A DNA stretch of 64,000 nt, taken from positions 1-64,000 of the forward strand of contig CDRNVI010000044.1 in NCBI GenBank assembly GCA_977017575.1. Reading direction: 5' to 3'. The notes under the pieces were generated by a model, which worked only from the letters and a program-made list of their open reading frames with translations, had not been told where the DNA came from and ran no database searches. This stretch comes from Paramoeba atlantica (lineage: Eukaryota > Protista > Discosea). This document shows positions 9,901 to 18,265 of the stretch, piece after piece. Both the position numbers and the translations under genes were made by a program. Within the stretch, counting starts at the first letter, position 1, and each line of letters begins with the position of its first letter.

Positions 9901-10907
9901 TTATTCGCGGGATTGGCTACAGAGTCAGTCGAGGTTCCTTTGCAAGCGTTGTCGTGTGTTGCTCGTTTGCCTTCTTCGTAATGTCGCCCGCATTTCTGGC
10001 AGAGAAAGCGCCCTTCGTTCGTCCACCAGGATTCGGGCACTTCATTCGCGTGTCTTGTAGCTACGTGGTTGTAGTAAGCTTGCCACCTGCCGCCATGAGC
10101 GAGTGTTTTCCACACGCACCCTTTAACTGGGCAAGTTTTCAAAGAGTCCTGAGGCGTGCTGCGGAATGCGGCTAAAGACGGAGGAAGTTTGGATTTGCCG
10201 CTTGGTGTTTTGTCTGTCCGGTGACCTGTCGTAGGAAAATAATTCGAGAAGCTTTTCGCTATGTCTCGGCGGCGCTTTTGTTTACCGTTTTGAGTGGGCT
10301 CAGGTGTCACGCTGTCTTCGTGCTCGTCACCCTCGGGGCTTGAAGAGTTGGTACCGTCAGTACACGTCGTTGCCGTTCGTTTTATTCGTTTCTTCTTTCT
10401 CCTACCTTTGCGTTTTGTTGTGATTGTGAAGTCAAGTTCAGTAGGCGTGAGGTCTGGAAACATCATCGCGTTCTCTGTGTCAACGGCACCTTCCATTCTC
10501 CTTGTTCGACGCAGGCATCTCTCCTTCACAGCCCTGTTTGAAGTTTGTAATTGGCTGGGTGAATTTGAGTGCGTTCCCTCGAAATGGAAAGGGGAAGGTT
10601 CATCGTCCCGACGCACACTGCAGTGTATCTCTTCCTCGGTTCTTTCACTTGATAGTTCATTCGCATGCCCCAAATCTGGCGTTGAGTCCTGCGTTGCCGT
10701 CTTCATACTTCGAAGGATTTCGTCCGTTCTCTTTTCCCAGTCCTGAGGAATATCATTAGGGAGGGCTGTGGTGTAGATTAGCTCATCGTACGTGCTAGGT
10801 CCCTTCGCTAAAGATTTGTTTGCCGCAAATTGATCCCAGGACCCAAGTGTGTGAGACGACGCCTCCTCCTCGAAGGTCGGATTTTGCTCTTCAACGGATG
10901 TGGGCAT
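6966..10907 (-). CDS. 1313-aa polyprotein: LsmAD-like N-terminus, two zinc fingers, RT, CCHC, restriction-like endonuclease
   Basis: SWDQFAANK..STYDELIYTT; CPVKGC..HVATRH and CQKC..H..AC; RPIAAGE, QQGDPLGPLLF, YLDDG; CPINTC..H..SC, RHN, RPGD..VLDF. Confidence 0.93.
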   Translation of the reverse strand: MPTSVEEQNPTFEEEASSHTLGSWDQFAANKSLAKGPSTYDELIYTTALPNDIPQDWEKRTDEILRSMKTATQDSTPDLGHANELSSERTEEEIHCSVRRDDEPSPFHFEGTHSNSPSQLQTSNRAVKERCLRRTRRMEGAVDTENAMMFPDLTPTELDFTITTKRKGRRKKKRIKRTATTCTDGTNSSSPEGDEHEDSVTPEPTQNGKQKRRRDIAKSFSNYFPTTGHRTDKTPSGKSKLPPSLAAFRSTPQDSLKTCPVKGCVWKTLAHGGRWQAYYNHVATRHANEVPESWWTNEGRFLCQKCGRHYEEGKRATHDNACKGTSTDSVANPANNLTQSSLDHGSRSTDVSQSVQPLPLPSLSDICMTPINTSRDVPFRCRYQWAKTLTDVLSSVASENSVAAWTRLGMLPKCVLPAPNRGGRKGRLSYASHVTKSLERWGKVEFTALWIEATKNNTKSSHPSTKDQDQDQELAQEVRRAKERCEKLVRQGEVSRGMSALTAAPFAPDNDETYCKLMAKHPTRAQDCMLQDLPYPNAPPLKVNEEEVKHALGSFRKGSSGGTMSLRAEHLQIALRAHVDEKVHPLTALTDVVNVLLSGKAPFEIQERFAGARLCALQKGECDVRPIAAGETIRRLVGKVACLTAKKKASRLFKGIQYGVATPAGSERVIHLCRQTMSRHADDTNFVLCKVDLANAFNRVSRSAFIALLRKHFPELSAWVEWTYSTDSLLTYGSRTLPSSEGVQQGDPLGPLLFSLVMLEAAKMIKEALPGSLQLHLWYLDDGVIAGKAEDVSFALETLSRVGPKWGLHINTSKCEIITNPASAHQTALFSDIPEPKINREGNFDILGSPIGSAQHCIDFLTTHAVEPAEETLEAIEMLEDPQIALSLIRQCAGFCQMVHSLRTTPPHELSALCQRLDEAVLHAYEWNICPLSSSARSQVQRPKRYGGFGLRSASAHRSAAYVSSVAFAAETDRWLPSDAEGFSSAVLDINRRSGGPVVDPDTGRALEEISSPFPTGSSQSTETDNSCTPRQRALSDAISAHEFSCAYAAADSSTRARYTSQTGDGASSWAFCIPSTELGHAYTPTEFRALSRWWLGAKVYNELSTCPINTCQQPLDLEGNHAVSCKSGNGLISRHNALITQFTDTCSKANLSPSREVSLGNLGPGGCPTRPGDVFIPGYEKAQGLVLDFAVTHVQQPKYTDLVRNANGVAAGSFAEHYAASHKVKEREEAEQAKHVFVAMVVESYGAWSASALSILRWVGKHRASCSQGTLSQEAATRQLLQELNLTLMRSQSRMLVSRMPAEDPQPALILQ

Positions 10908-10952
10908 GGGATCGCGACCCGGGTAACAAAGAACAAATTAATAAAAATAATT

Positions 10953-10988
10953 CAACAAGGTACAGAAACTGTATCTTTATCGTTAAAG
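10953..10988 (-). other. Spliced-leader exon copy (nt 3-38) at the 5' end of A1
   Basis: Reverse complement reads CTTTAACGATAAAGATACAGTTTCTGTACCTTGTTG, followed by the element 5'UTR rather than GT. Confidence 0.85.
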
Positions 10989-11019
10989 AATTCTTTATCG
11001 TTAAAGAATATCTTTATCG

Positions 11020-11810
11020 TTTTTTTTTTTTTTTTTTTTTTGTTTTTATGCAAATAAAGAAAATTTTTCTCTCTCTTTCTCCTCTTTCTCACCTCTTGAC
11101 ATACTTTTCCCACCTTTCTCCCTACTTTCCTTCTTTCCCCTACCCAACTTTTCAACTTTTCAGGGGGGGTAAGGTCTCCCTCAGCTTCGCCTCACCCGGC
11201 CTGCAGGCGGCTCCTCAACCATTCGCGCGTTCCGGACCGGGTCTTTCGACCTCTCCACGGCCTGACTTGTGGACCTTTCCCTTGTTATACGGGAGGGCGC
11301 AGGCGCGGGCCTGTGTCGACAGCGACACGGTCGCGAAACAGGATGCTGGCCGACGGGGAGGAGATTCACTACCCGTGTACTACCTCACTTGGGGTACCTA
11401 GCCCTGACGGACTAGGCGTGAGTATAGACTCTGTCGACGAGACCAGCACCCTCAGCCTTCGAACATGCCGGGATCCGCGAGCCTTGGTTTAGGCTACTGC
11501 AAAATAAGTGCCGGTTGTGGATCTTCAGCCGGCATGCGTGAGACAAGCATTCTCGATTGAGAACGCATCAGGGTGAGGTTAAGCTCTTGAAGCAGCTGAC
11601 GGGTAGCTGCTTCTTGAGATAGAGTCCCCTGGGAACATGAGGCGCGATGCTTCCCAACCCATCTAAGGATTGATAGGGCACTTGCACTCCAAGCACCATA
11701 TGATTCTACCACCATGGCAACAAACACATGTTTTGCTTGTTCCGCCTCCTCTCTCTCTTTCACCTTGTGAGAAGCGACGTAGTGCTCCGCAAATGATCCT
11801 GCCGCCACCC
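11020..11810 (-). mobile_element. 3' fragment of A1 (last ~105 codons plus complete 3'UTR and poly(A))
   Basis: Nearly identical to 6501-7285; ORF tail at 11494-11808. Confidence 0.9.
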
Positions 11811-11821
11811 CGATCCTGCCG

Positions 11822-12268
11822 CCAATCCATTCGCGCGTTCCGGACCGGGTCTTTCGACCTCTCCACGGCCTGACTTGTGAACCCTTCCCTTGTTATATGG
11901 GAGGGCGCAGGCGCGGGCCTGTGTCGACAGCGACACGGTCACGAAACAGGATGCTGGCCGACGGGTTTCTTTTTTTTTTTTTTTTTTTTGCAGTTAATAA
12001 GGGGGGAGAAGTATGAATCGCGGCATTGCCTCTATATTTTGACCCAGTAGACGAACCAAGTAGGTCCATTGGGGGGGGGTATACGAGTTGAAAACAAGCA
12101 ATCAAATTAGCAATTCTTTTTGTTTCTACAGATGTACCTTTTGTTTTTTCTCAGCCCAAAACTAGCAATTTAATCTCCCCTAAGTATATACTACAAACAA
12201 GAAACAGTAAAAACTAAAACAAGCAATACAGACCCAATCCATTCGCGCGTTCCGGACCGGGTCTTTCG
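11822..12268 (-). repeat. Two family A 3'UTR fragments joined by poly(A)
   Basis: Core fragment at 11822-11965, T-tract, then a type-1 tail at 11990-12268. Confidence 0.85.
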
Positions 12269-12279
12269 ATGGGTTATCC

Positions 12280-12687
12280 GTGCTCATCAACAAACCTCCG
12301 AGAGAAGAATGCTTGTACAATCATGATCCCCATATCGCCCATGCAGGCTTCATAAGGAGAATGAATCCTGCTTTTTTCTTTAACGTTGCACTGCACAAGC
12401 TCGGAATACGAAGACGTATATATCTTCGTCTTCGTATTTTCAACGCGATGGTGAGCTCCGTCCTTTCATATGGGTGCTCAACTCTCACGCCGAGTAAAAC
12501 AGAGCTTAAATCAGCAGATATAGAAGTCAACAAAATGAGGAGGCTGGCTACAGGAACTCCTTTGTGGGATGGACACAAATCAATCCCAACGAAGGCTCTC
12601 TATCGAGGAGGCTTGATGTTTTCGACTGTAGTGAAAGTAAGCAGAGTCAAACTTGTAGGACACCTTCTAAGTACTAAGAATATTTAG
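12280..12687 (+). pseudogene. Fragment of an RTE-like non-LTR RT thumb region
   Basis: LRLRIFNAMVSSVLSYG..VNKMRR..SRVKLVGHL; homologous by eye to the fragment at 22499-23041. Confidence 0.65.
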
Positions 12688-12885
12688 TTATTCAATAGCC
12701 AGCTTACAAAGACGCGTAAGCTTAGTTAGTTACTATCCCCCTGACAAGGGGGGTAGCGCCAATACGAAACGGAAGAAAACAGAATATGATGACAAAAAAA
12801 AAAACTGGGCACCGCCGGCACCCACCCAGTCGCTAGTTCGTGTATCCCACCGTCTCGCCAAGTTCCATATTGGTAAAAAAAAAAA

Positions 12886-13025
12886 AAAAAAAAAAAACAA
12901 CTCGTATACCCCCCCCCCCCGAATGGACCTACTTGGTTCGTCTACTGGGTCAAAATATAGAGGCAATGCCGCGATTCATACTTCTCCCCCCTTATTAACT
13001 GCAAAAAAAAAAAAAAAAAAAAAAA
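12886..13025 (+). repeat. Distal family A type-1 tail fragment ending in poly(A), abutting the SL of A2
   Basis: caactcgtatacccc...cttattaactgc followed by (A)n. Confidence 0.85.
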
Positions 13026-13132
13026 AACTTTAACGATACAACCATAACTTTACTCTTTAACGATAAAGATACAGTTTCTGTACCTTGTTGAATTATTTTC
13101 TTTTTTCCTTTCCCCTTTTTGGTTCAACTAGT

Positions 13133-16100
13133 ATGTCCTGCCGCGAACGTCCATGTACACACTCCTCAGAAAATGAAGCGTTCTTAGCAAGAATGGTGAA
13201 CACAGACGACGTTACATTGAACGAGGCGGAGAAATCACACCTTCTTGGTAGTTGGAATCAATTTGAGGGCAACAGACATCTCATCTCAGCTCCCAGTACC
13301 TATGACGAAAGTCTGTACACAACGGAAATCCCGAGGAATATCCCTGCAGAATGGCTACGCCTCGCTGAAAAAAAATCAGACGACCGCGAAACACCGGACA
13401 CGGGACACCACCTAGCCGAGAATGAGGAAATACAACACTGCGCAGTACAACGAAAGGGTACGACAGCCAACCTTGCAGCTAGTATTTCTACTCTGAAATC
13501 AGGGCCAGCAATCAACGCTGCACTGAAGGATGCAATATCACGTCAACAGCGCAATGCGGATGGGATCAAAGGAGTTTCAAAGACGGATAACCGATCACCT
13601 AGGCGACCCTTGGAAACACGAAGGCAACACCAACAGACTATTAAGGACAGCACCCTCGGCGAACAAACGCCGACACGCTCTCAGCCAGCCCACCAGATCC
13701 AATCACCTCCAAAGCATTCCTCCGGCACAAAACCCATGACTAGCGAAACTGGTTGTTCCGAAGCACAATCGGACGGTAGGCGCGAAGACTTTGGCAACAG
13801 ATATGCCCCACGAAACGGAAGCGACAAGCCCCCGCCACTTCCGCAGAGCGCTCCCAAACACCGCATCTGTCCTGCTGAAGGATGCGCCTGGCGCACGATT
13901 GCACATGGAGGGTCTTGGCAAGCATATTATAACCACGTAGCGTACCACCACAGTACCGGCGTCCCGGCTGCATGGTGGGCAGCGGAAGGCAAGTTCCTTT
14001 GTGAAACGTGCGGCAAACACTACACGCTCAACCGTAAAACTACGCACCCGAAGACCTGCATCGGTCAATCAAGTCAAGCAGCACAAATGTCAGTAGATAT
14101 TTTTTCGCAGCACTCCATCGTAACAGAAACCGCCGAATTACCTACTTTGGCAAGTGTCTGCACACTCGCGAAGAGCACATGTAAAGACGTGCCCCACCGA
14201 TGCCGTCAGCTGTGGGCGGAGATCTTAACTAGCGCTTTGAAGGCAGCAGTACAAGAAAACTCAGTAGCGACATGGACACTCCTTGCCATGCTCCCAAAGT
14301 GTGTGTTACCGGCCCCTCGACGCGGAGGGCGTAAAGGCTACATGGCGTACTCATCCCACGTTCGAAAGTGCATGGAGCGATGGATGGCAAAGGAATACAC
14401 TCAGTTGTGGAAAGAGGCAGCCGCTAATAGACGACAACGAAACCCTGACCCCATTTCGGAACAACATGAGGCCCAGAAAGCCGTCATCCGCGCAGAACTT
14501 CTAGTCAGACAAGGTGAATTCTCTAGAGGTATGGCTGCCTTAACCGCAGCGCCAATGGCAGATGAAAACGAAGAAACATATGCAAAGCTGTTGGAGAAGC
14601 ATCCGGCACGTCAAACTACTACGGAAGCCCTCGCCGACCCTCCACCACATGTCAAACATTTGAACCTCGAAGAATCCGATATTAAAGTAGCCATAAACAG
14701 TTTTCGTCGAGGATCTTCAGCAGGTACGATGGGTCTCCGCCCGGAACACTTACAATCCGCGCTTCTTTCCTACGAAGACAAGAATGTTCACCCGCTTCAG
14801 GAACTCACAAACCTAGCTAATCATCTTCTTTCTGGCAAAGCACCCATCGAAGTACAAGCATATTTCGCAGGTGCGCGACTATGTGCGCTCAAGAAGGGGG
14901 AAAACGACGTTCGCCCTATCGCAGCGGGGGAGACTATTCGTCGGTTAGTGAGCAAGGCCGCATGCAGTAGTGTCCGAATGAAAGCGGGGAAATACTTTGA
15001 AGCACAACAATATGGAGTGGCCACCCGAGCAGGGGCAGAACGTATCATTCACCTTTGTAGGCTTGCAATGGACACTGACACAACAAATTCCGATATAGTT
15101 TTATGCAAAGTTGATTTGTCCAACGCATTTAACAACGTTAGCCGTGACGCATTCATCAGTCTCACCAGAGAGCACTTCCCGGAATTGTCCAGATGGGTAG
15201 AATGGTGCTACGTCGAAACCAGTAGCTTAACTTACGGGCACCGTTTCGTACCGTCCGCGGAAGGGGTACAACAGGGCGATCCCCTCGGTCCTCTTCTCTT
15301 TTCCTTAGTCATGTTGGAGGTTACCAAACAAATTCAGTCGTACACGGAACTTCTTCTAAACCTGTGGTACTTAGACGATGGAGTTTTTATAGGGAAAGCG
15401 GAAGAAGTAAGAAAAGCCCTCGACATACTTGATCACCTCGGACCAGGTCAGGGACTACACCTCAATAGCAAGAAATGCGAGATCATCACACTACCCTCAT
15501 CTGCACACCAAACATCTCTTTTCCCAGATATACCAAAAGACAAGCAAAACACAGAAGGAAATTTCGACATCCTAGGAAGCCCTATCGGATCCCACAAACA
15601 CTGCGCCGAATACCTCATGACCAATGCGATCGAACCAGCAGAAGAAACTTTAGTTGCTTCCAGTTTAATTGAGGACCCGCAGGTCGCCATGGCACTGATA
15701 CGACAATGTGCTGGCTTTTGTCAACTGGTCTACGCCCTACGTACAACACCCCCACAATGCATACAACGCGTTTGCGAACATCTAGACAATTCACTGTTGA
15801 GCACAGCAGAGGAAATACTTTGCCCACTGAACGCCCCTGCCCGCGCTCAGATCCAACGCCTGAAGAGACACGGAGGTTTCGGTCTGCGTTCATCGGAAAT
15901 GTACTCGTCTTCAGCTTACATAGCATCTGTGGTGTTCGCAGCAAGCAAGGACGGATGGAATCCACTGGACGCGGAAGGTTTTTCACCTGCCGTCAACGAC
16001 GTGAACGCAAAAGCCGGAGGCACTCTCGTAGATCCCGAAACGGGTCGTTTCCTTTGCCCCACCACCCAACAGCGCGACCGATCACATCCCTCTTTTCCAC

Positions 16101-17098
16101 CAAAGCCACCCATTCACTCTTCCACACAGGTCGATACAGCCCGCGAGCCATCAGACACCGGACCTTTTTTAGATGCTGACCCGCCGTTGGGCGCTGACCT
16201 TGACATAGATATTGACCCGCCAGAATGGGACGAAAGTATCATCCCACGTCATAAAGATATCATCCGCGCTATAGGGGAAAGGGAGTTTAATATAGCATAC
16301 TGTTCCGCTGATACACGAACGCGAACCAGATGGGTATCACAATCAGGGAAAGGGGCTAGCAGCTGGGCATTCGTCACCCCATCGAAGGACCTGGGCTATG
16401 CATTCAAACCCGCGGAGTTTCGAACCTTGTGTCGATGGTGGTTGGGGGTGGATGTATACGGAGAAACTCGTCCATGTCCCTCGGATGAATGCAAACTCCC
16501 TCTGGGTCCTGAAGGGGATCACGCACTCGTGTGCAAACATGGACAAGGTATAATAAACCGGCACAATTCCCTGGTTGAACATTTTTCCTCCTTCTGCGGG
16601 CATGCCTCTTTGGCACCCCAACGAGAGCACAGTCTTGGCAATCGAGGTCCCGGAGGGGGGCTCACCAGACCAGGCGATGTGTTTCTCCCCACGTATTCCA
16701 AGGCTAAAGGCATGGTCCTTGATTTTGCAGTTACCCACGCTCAGCAAACTAAATACACGGACAAAGTTCGTAACGCTAGCTGGGTAGCTGCAGGATCATT
16801 CGCCGAGCACTACGCCGCGGAAAAAAAGGTGCACCAACGGTTGGAGGCTGAGGAAGCAGGCCATGAATTCACAGCCATGGTGGTAGAGAGCTATGGCTCC
16901 TGGAGCGTGAGCGCAACGTCCGTTCTAAAGGGAGTCGGAAAGAGGCGGGCACAGGCCTCAAATGGGACCCTTAAGGAAGAGCAGGCTACAAATAAATTGT
17001 ATGCCGAATTGAATGTGACCCTCATGCGAGCACAAGCTCGTATGATGGTTACACGCATGGCTGTGCCCGACCCGAACGAGCCCATCACGGAAGGATAG
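13133..17098 (+). CDS. Polyprotein: LsmAD-like domain, zinc fingers, RT, CCHC, RLE (first ATG at 13133; tracked ORF from 13085)
   Basis: GSWNQFEGN..STYDESLYTT; CPAEGC..H..H; QQGDPLGPLLF; YLDDG; RHN; RPGD..VLDF. Confidence 0.93.
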   Translation: MSCRERPCTHSSENEAFLARMVNTDDVTLNEAEKSHLLGSWNQFEGNRHLISAPSTYDESLYTTEIPRNIPAEWLRLAEKKSDDRETPDTGHHLAENEEIQHCAVQRKGTTANLAASISTLKSGPAINAALKDAISRQQRNADGIKGVSKTDNRSPRRPLETRRQHQQTIKDSTLGEQTPTRSQPAHQIQSPPKHSSGTKPMTSETGCSEAQSDGRREDFGNRYAPRNGSDKPPPLPQSAPKHRICPAEGCAWRTIAHGGSWQAYYNHVAYHHSTGVPAAWWAAEGKFLCETCGKHYTLNRKTTHPKTCIGQSSQAAQMSVDIFSQHSIVTETAELPTLASVCTLAKSTCKDVPHRCRQLWAEILTSALKAAVQENSVATWTLLAMLPKCVLPAPRRGGRKGYMAYSSHVRKCMERWMAKEYTQLWKEAAANRRQRNPDPISEQHEAQKAVIRAELLVRQGEFSRGMAALTAAPMADENEETYAKLLEKHPARQTTTEALADPPPHVKHLNLEESDIKVAINSFRRGSSAGTMGLRPEHLQSALLSYEDKNVHPLQELTNLANHLLSGKAPIEVQAYFAGARLCALKKGENDVRPIAAGETIRRLVSKAACSSVRMKAGKYFEAQQYGVATRAGAERIIHLCRLAMDTDTTNSDIVLCKVDLSNAFNNVSRDAFISLTREHFPELSRWVEWCYVETSSLTYGHRFVPSAEGVQQGDPLGPLLFSLVMLEVTKQIQSYTELLLNLWYLDDGVFIGKAEEVRKALDILDHLGPGQGLHLNSKKCEIITLPSSAHQTSLFPDIPKDKQNTEGNFDILGSPIGSHKHCAEYLMTNAIEPAEETLVASSLIEDPQVAMALIRQCAGFCQLVYALRTTPPQCIQRVCEHLDNSLLSTAEEILCPLNAPARAQIQRLKRHGGFGLRSSEMYSSSAYIASVVFAASKDGWNPLDAEGFSPAVNDVNAKAGGTLVDPETGRFLCPTTQQRDRSHPSFPPKPPIHSSTQVDTAREPSDTGPFLDADPPLGADLDIDIDPPEWDESIIPRHKDIIRAIGEREFNIAYCSADTRTRTRWVSQSGKGASSWAFVTPSKDLGYAFKPAEFRTLCRWWLGVDVYGETRPCPSDECKLPLGPEGDHALVCKHGQGIINRHNSLVEHFSSFCGHASLAPQREHSLGNRGPGGGLTRPGDVFLPTYSKAKGMVLDFAVTHAQQTKYTDKVRNASWVAAGSFAEHYAAEKKVHQRLEAEEAGHEFTAMVVESYGSWSVSATSVLKGVGKRRAQASNGTLKEEQATNKLYAELNVTLMRAQARMMVTRMAVPDPNEPITEG

Positions 17099-17138
17099 TG
17101 TCGGACCCAACGGATCCTATGGTGGTGACATAGGCCAC

Positions 17139-17371
17139 GGGTGCTGGTCGGGTCGACAGAGTCTATGCTCACGCCTAGCCCGCGAGGGCTAGGTACCCCA
17201 AGTGAGGTAGTACACGGGTAGTGAATCTCCTCCCCGTCGGCCAGCATCCTGTTTCGCGACCGTGTCGCTGTCGACACAGGCCCGCGCCTGCGCCCTCCCA
17301 TATAGCAAGGGAAGGGTTCACAAGTCAGGCCGTGGAGTGGTCGAAAGACCCGGTCCGGAACGCGCGAATGG
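17139..17371 (+). ncRNA. Family A structured 3'UTR core, copy in A2
   Basis: Arms GGGUGCUGGUCG / CGGCCAGCAUCC and internal hairpins are conserved. Confidence 0.7.
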
Positions 17372-17551
17372 ATTGGGTCTGTATTGCTTGTTTTAGTTTT
17401 TACTGTTTCTTGTTTGTAGTATATACTTAGGGGAGATTAAATTGCCAGTTTTGGGCTGAGAAAAAACAAAAGGTACATCTGTGGAAACAAAAAGATTTGC
17501 TAATTTGATTGCTTGTTTTCAACTCGTAAAAAAAAAAAAAAAAAAAAAAAA

Positions 17552-18223
17552 TGACACTCCGTTTTATGACGTTATGATGTGGAACAAGGACCCCAATTCA
17601 CGCGTAAAATCACTATCTGAAGCGTGCGCGGAGGACCTGGGCATTGAAATCGAACACTTATGGGAACAGGCACAAGATCGTACAGCATGGCGTATGCTGG
17701 TTGAAGGCTTGAGGGAGAACCTTGAACCTACCGCACGTTACGTACCTGTGTCAATAAAAAAGCGAGAAATAGAACAAATCTTACTCTCAAACGCGAGCCC
17801 GATGGAAAAGTGGGAATCTTTGCAGTTTTTCGAAGAGGGATCGACGTTGTGGCCCGATTATGGACTCTTGCACATGTATTGTGATGGGTCATCACAACGT
17901 AAATTCAACCAAATAGTCGCGGGAGCTGCGGTAGCTGTGGCACAGAACGGGTATGTTGCCTTTTCGAAGAAACAATCATTGCAAAAGGCGGACGCTACAT
18001 CCATCAGATCAGAGCTTCACGCATTTTTTCTTGCACTGCAAATCGGGGAGGGTAAGCAAGAATCCTTCGTTGTGCATGTCGATTCGGAGTACGTCTGGAA
18101 CTTTTGGCACAAAATACGTGTACCGTATCAGTTGGGTAAATACGCAGACTGGGAAAATGCAGATTTGCTTGAACGTATTTCCAGCTTGGCCGAACGTATT
18201 TCCAGCTTGAACGTATTTCCAGC
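17552..18223 (+). pseudogene. Fragment of an RTE-like element: end of the RT region followed by the N-terminal part of RNase H
   Basis: WEQAQDRTAWR (RTE-type post-RT motif), then YCDGS, SIRSELHAF and VHVDSEYV (RNase H catalytic motifs). Bounded by poly(A) on one side and a triplicated 17-mer on the other. Confidence 0.75.
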
Positions 18224-18265
18224 TTTCTGTACCTTGTTGATTTAATTTTCTATTTTTCTACGCTT

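Larger units (their letters stand above)
6501..11019 (-). mobile_element. Family A CRE-like element A1, full length (SL-5'UTR-ORF-3'UTR-polyA)
   Basis: SL exon at 10953-10988 with stuttered partial SL copies to 11019, an intact ORF, the 3'UTR core at 6691-6923, a purine-rich type-2 tail and poly(A) at ~6501. Confidence 0.93.
13026..17551 (+). mobile_element. Family A CRE-like element A2, full length
   Basis: Stuttered SL from 13026, SL nt 3-38 at 13055-13090, intact ORF, 3'UTR core at 17139-17371, poly(A) at 17528-17551. Confidence 0.93.
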
